From a virus (Duplodnaviria; Caudoviricetes): 46,837 nucleotides of DNA. This document shows, one piece after another, positions 44,197 to 46,837 of the stretch (the first letter of the stretch is position 1; every line of letters starts with the position of its first letter). Under the pieces are notes generated by a model. The model saw only the letters and a program-made list of their open reading frames with translations. It was not told where the DNA came from and made no database searches. The DNA is taken from positions 1 through 46,837 of the IMG/VR virus record IMGVR_UViG_3300048598_000525. One strand, 5' to 3'. The translations under genes were made by a program, and so were the position numbers.

Positions 44197-44426
44197 AAAA
44201 GATTTTCAAAGATATTTGCACTTGTCTCGATGGTGAGACGTATGACGTCGGTCGGATCCTTTTGATCGCCGGAAGCGTTGCGCTGGTTGTTTTCGCCGGC
44301 GTCTCTGTTTGGAAGTCTGGCGCGTTTGACGCCCAGGGCTTCGGGCTTGGTCTTGGTGGCTTACTCGGTGGCGGCGGTGCGGGAATTGGTCTTAAGGCCA
44401 AAACGGAACCACAAGGGGGTGAATGA
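44193..44426 (+). CDS. Membrane protein, putative holin
   Basis: DGETYD.GR plus two hydrophobic, Gly-rich helices. Confidence 0.55.
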   Translation: MKKIFKDICTCLDGETYDVGRILLIAGSVALVVFAGVSVWKSGAFDAQGFGLGLGGLLGGGGAGIGLKAKTEPQGGE

Positions 44427-44818
44427 TGTCGATCTTGGATTATGTGCCGACCCAATACAAAATCGGGGCGATTGCTGGCGTTGTGGTCATTGTCGCGTCC
44501 ACAATCGGATGGCTTTTAATTGCCCGGGCCAATTTACGGGCGGAGCTTGCCGAGGCCCAGGCGGGCCGTCAGGTGTGCTTGGCGGCTAATGCCGACTTCC
44601 AAGAGAAGACGGAAACACAAAACAGGGCAATCGCCCAGCTACAGGCCGAAGCGGAGGCGCGCGCGGAATCCGTAAAACAGGCCGTGGATGCGTCCAAGGC
44701 TGTTGCGCGTCCACACGCAGCCAGAGCGGCAAGCATTGAGCGCCTTGTGCCTTCTAGTGGCGACTGTGAGGCCACGGCGAAGCTGTTGGCGGACTATTTC
44801 ACGGGGAGGGCACAATGA
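44423..44818 (+). CDS. Rz-like inner-membrane spanin
   Basis: N-terminal TM, coiled coil, C-terminal Cys. Confidence 0.7.
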   Translation: MMSILDYVPTQYKIGAIAGVVVIVASTIGWLLIARANLRAELAEAQAGRQVCLAANADFQEKTETQNRAIAQLQAEAEARAESVKQAVDASKAVARPHAARAASIERLVPSSGDCEATAKLLADYFTGRAQ

Positions 44819-45090
44819 TGAGCATTTTGCGTAAAGCTGGATTGCTGGCCTGTTTTTTTGCGTTATCGGCATGTGCTGGCGATCCCGTGACGGTTTACAA
44901 ACCTGTAAGTGTGGACGTGCCTATTTCTACGCCGTGTAAGGTTCCCGTGATCGAGCGGCCAGCATCGCCAGTTGACAACTTGCTGGCGAATGCGCCAATG
45001 TTTGATCGCGTTCGGGCTTTGCTGGCTGATCGCGAGTTGCGTATCTCTTATGAAACGCAGCTAGAAGCAGCGGCAAAAGCCTGTGAATGA
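44815..45090 (+). CDS. Rz1-like outer-membrane lipoprotein spanin
   Basis: Lipobox LSAC, Pro-rich linker, C-terminal AC. Confidence 0.75.
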   Translation: MMSILRKAGLLACFFALSACAGDPVTVYKPVSVDVPISTPCKVPVIERPASPVDNLLANAPMFDRVRALLADRELRISYETQLEAAAKACE

Positions 45091-45091
45091 T

Positions 45092-45115
45092 CCGTGTGGG
45101 AAACCGTGTGGGACT
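45092..45115 (+). promoter_or_regulatory. Tandem putative integrase arm-type sites (CCGTGTGGGA x2)
   Basis: Copies at 45092-45101 and 45104-45113, matching 111-135. Confidence 0.7.
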
Positions 45116-45198
45116 GTTACTTGATTTGATGGTGTAAACGTGGTTATAGCCTCACATTTTTTTCTTTATTTTCAACACCCTAACATTGGTGCTAGGTT

Positions 45199-45246
45199 CT
45201 GAAAATCCCCGTGTCGGCGGTTCAATTCCGTCCCCAGGCACCATTT
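45199..45246 (+). repeat. attR core (duplicated tRNA-Phe 3' part)
   Basis: 48/48 identity with 21-68. Confidence 0.95.
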
Positions 45247-45397
45247 CCCCTTTCAGGGGCATCCAATAGCGTCCACAAAACACGCTTGAATCCAATAAAA
45301 ACAAGGGTTATTCTTTCTAAGGCCATCTGAGAGTGTCTACCTCTACCAGCCCCATGTGGGGGCCTTTTTAGTGGCTTAAGTGGAGGGAGAAAAAAAT

Positions 45398-46197
45398 ATG
45401 CCCCCCAGCCCGCTCGTTAGCAAATTTGATTTGTCAGCGTGCCAAGCCAAAGCTTAGGCCTTATAAATTGGCAGATGGCGAGGGTATGTACCTCGAGGTT
45501 ACGCCAAGCGGCGGCAAGTACTGGCGTCTCAAATATCGATTCAATGGGAAAGAAAAAAAGCTGTCTGTCGGCATCTACCCCGAAGTGTCGCTTGCCGACG
45601 CCAGAGAGAGGCGTTTTTTTGCCCGTAAGCAGTTGGCTTCCGGTATTGACCCAAGCGAGGCTAAGCAGGAGCAAAAACGCACGGCCCTTATGAATGTGGC
45701 AAATACATTCGAGTCAGTCGCGCGGGAATGGCATGTCCATAAGACAAAAGGGTGTTCCACCAAGCATGCGACAGGCCTTTTGCATAGGTTGGAACTCGAT
45801 ATTTTTCCCGAAATTGGCCATCGACCTATTGCCAGCATCACAGCTCATCAGGTTTTGGATGCTCTTCGGAAGATTGAAAAACGCGGGGCGCATGAAATTG
45901 CTCGCCGTGCTCGTCAGATTTGCGGTCAGGTTTTCCGCTACGCTATCGTTACGGACAGGGCCGAACGTAACCCCATTCCTGATTTGCAAGGCGCTCTTGA
46001 GCCTTATAGGCAGGGGCACTATGCAGCTTTGGAGGCCAACGATCTACCCGAATTTCTTGCGGCGATGGAACGCAATGACGGGCGGCTTTATATGCCGACG
46101 CGTTGCGCAACGAGATTGCTGCTTTTGACCTTTGTTCGTACAAGCGAATTGATTGAAGCCAAATGGGGTGAGATTAATCTTGGATCCGCCGAATGGG
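45398..46197 (+). pseudogene. Truncated P4/IntA-type tyrosine integrase of an older island
   Basis: YKLADGEGMYLEV.P.G.KYWRLKYR, G.YP.VSLADAR, TFVRTSEL..AKW.EI..AEW; similarity then stops (no HxxR or catalytic Tyr); ATG 45398 is out of frame with the body. Confidence 0.85.
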
Positions 46198-46208
46198 TTA
46201 AAGGAGAA

Positions 46209-46837
46209 CTATCTGAGTTTATCACAGTCATATTCGTTATTGTCGCTCGGAACAGGCAACCCCAGCTCTTTAAACAAAGCCCAATCGGCATTGCAGCAGG
46301 GTTTTTTCGTATGTTCCGTTTTAATGGGCTTAAAAGTATAAATGCCAAAGTTGTCATCAAGCGCGAGTTGATAGAGGGTGAAGACCACATGAGAGGGTTT
46401 AGCAAGAGAGCCATTTTCGCCGCTTAAGGCCTCGCTTATATCTCGTGAAGCTTCCAGAACGTAAAAAGAAGCAAGTTGTTTTTGCCCGTTTTTCTCACTG
46501 AAAAAACGATAGGAAGCAAGGCTATCTTCGCCAGTATGGGGTGCGGCGACCCAAAGGGGAGAAGGCTTAAGCACATTTTGATAGACATACTGCCAATTAT
46601 TATTCGTTTGAATAAGGACTGAAAAACATCGCCACCTCCAGCCGTTCCCGTTTCACGGTATCCCTTTATGACGAGGGCTTTTGTTTTGCCCAGATCAAGA
46701 ATGTTCGAGTCATAGGCAGGTGAGAACGGCACGGTCGCGTCGACAAGCTGCCTGATACTATCCGAGGCGCAAGCGCTTCCGACGCCTGCCCCGTAAAAGG
46801 CCGTAACCCAAAGGATTGCTGCTAAGAAATTCTTCAT
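46209..46837 (-). pseudogene. Secreted protein split by a 1-nt frameshift, possibly CarG-like
   Basis: Signal peptide; adding one base to the A5 run at 46622-46626 joins the two ORFs (DVFSVLIQ...APHTGED...CNADWALFKELGLP). Confidence 0.55.

Larger units (their letters stand above)
21..45246. mobile_element. Apparently complete temperate siphovirus prophage (HK97-type head, lambda-like tail)
   Basis: Flanked by 48-bp direct repeats of the tRNA 3' half; integrase, cI/cro, replication, terminase, portal, capsid, tail and lysis modules all present. Confidence 0.95.

Noticed and set aside
45199-45243. Second tRNA-Phe gene
   Set aside because: Only the 3' part is present; the upstream sequence does not form a D-arm or 5' acceptor strand, so it is attR.
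46198-46427. C-terminal part of the 333-aa integrase ORF as genuine
   Set aside because: It is read-through on the antisense of the convergent gene and lacks the catalytic motifs.

Overview
The window holds an apparently complete ~45.2 kb lambda/HK97-like siphovirus prophage integrated in tRNA-Phe(GAA), bounded by a 48-bp attL (21-68) and attR (45199-45246). The host is probably an alphaproteobacterium, inferred from GcrA-, PraR- and DUF6456-like genes. After attR come the remnant of an older P4-type integrase island and a frameshifted secreted-protein gene. Gene order is: integrase/excisionase, leftward early genes (including an ARC/Mpa-like AAA ATPase and a stand-alone ClpX zinc finger), immunity region, replication/recombination, packaging, head, tail, lysis. 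The standout is a cassette inside the immunity region, between the OL operators and cI. It has a tRNA-dependent cyclodipeptide synthase (XYP-type CDPS) coupled to an XRE regulator with a putative ligand-binding domain. Divergent from these are an ORF6C (antirepressor-domain)-like gene and a small ORF that overlaps the 3' end of a cI lacking an autocleavage domain. This is a candidate cyclodipeptide-based phage signalling or lysis-lysogeny system. All family calls come from motif recognition by eye; no database searches were run.
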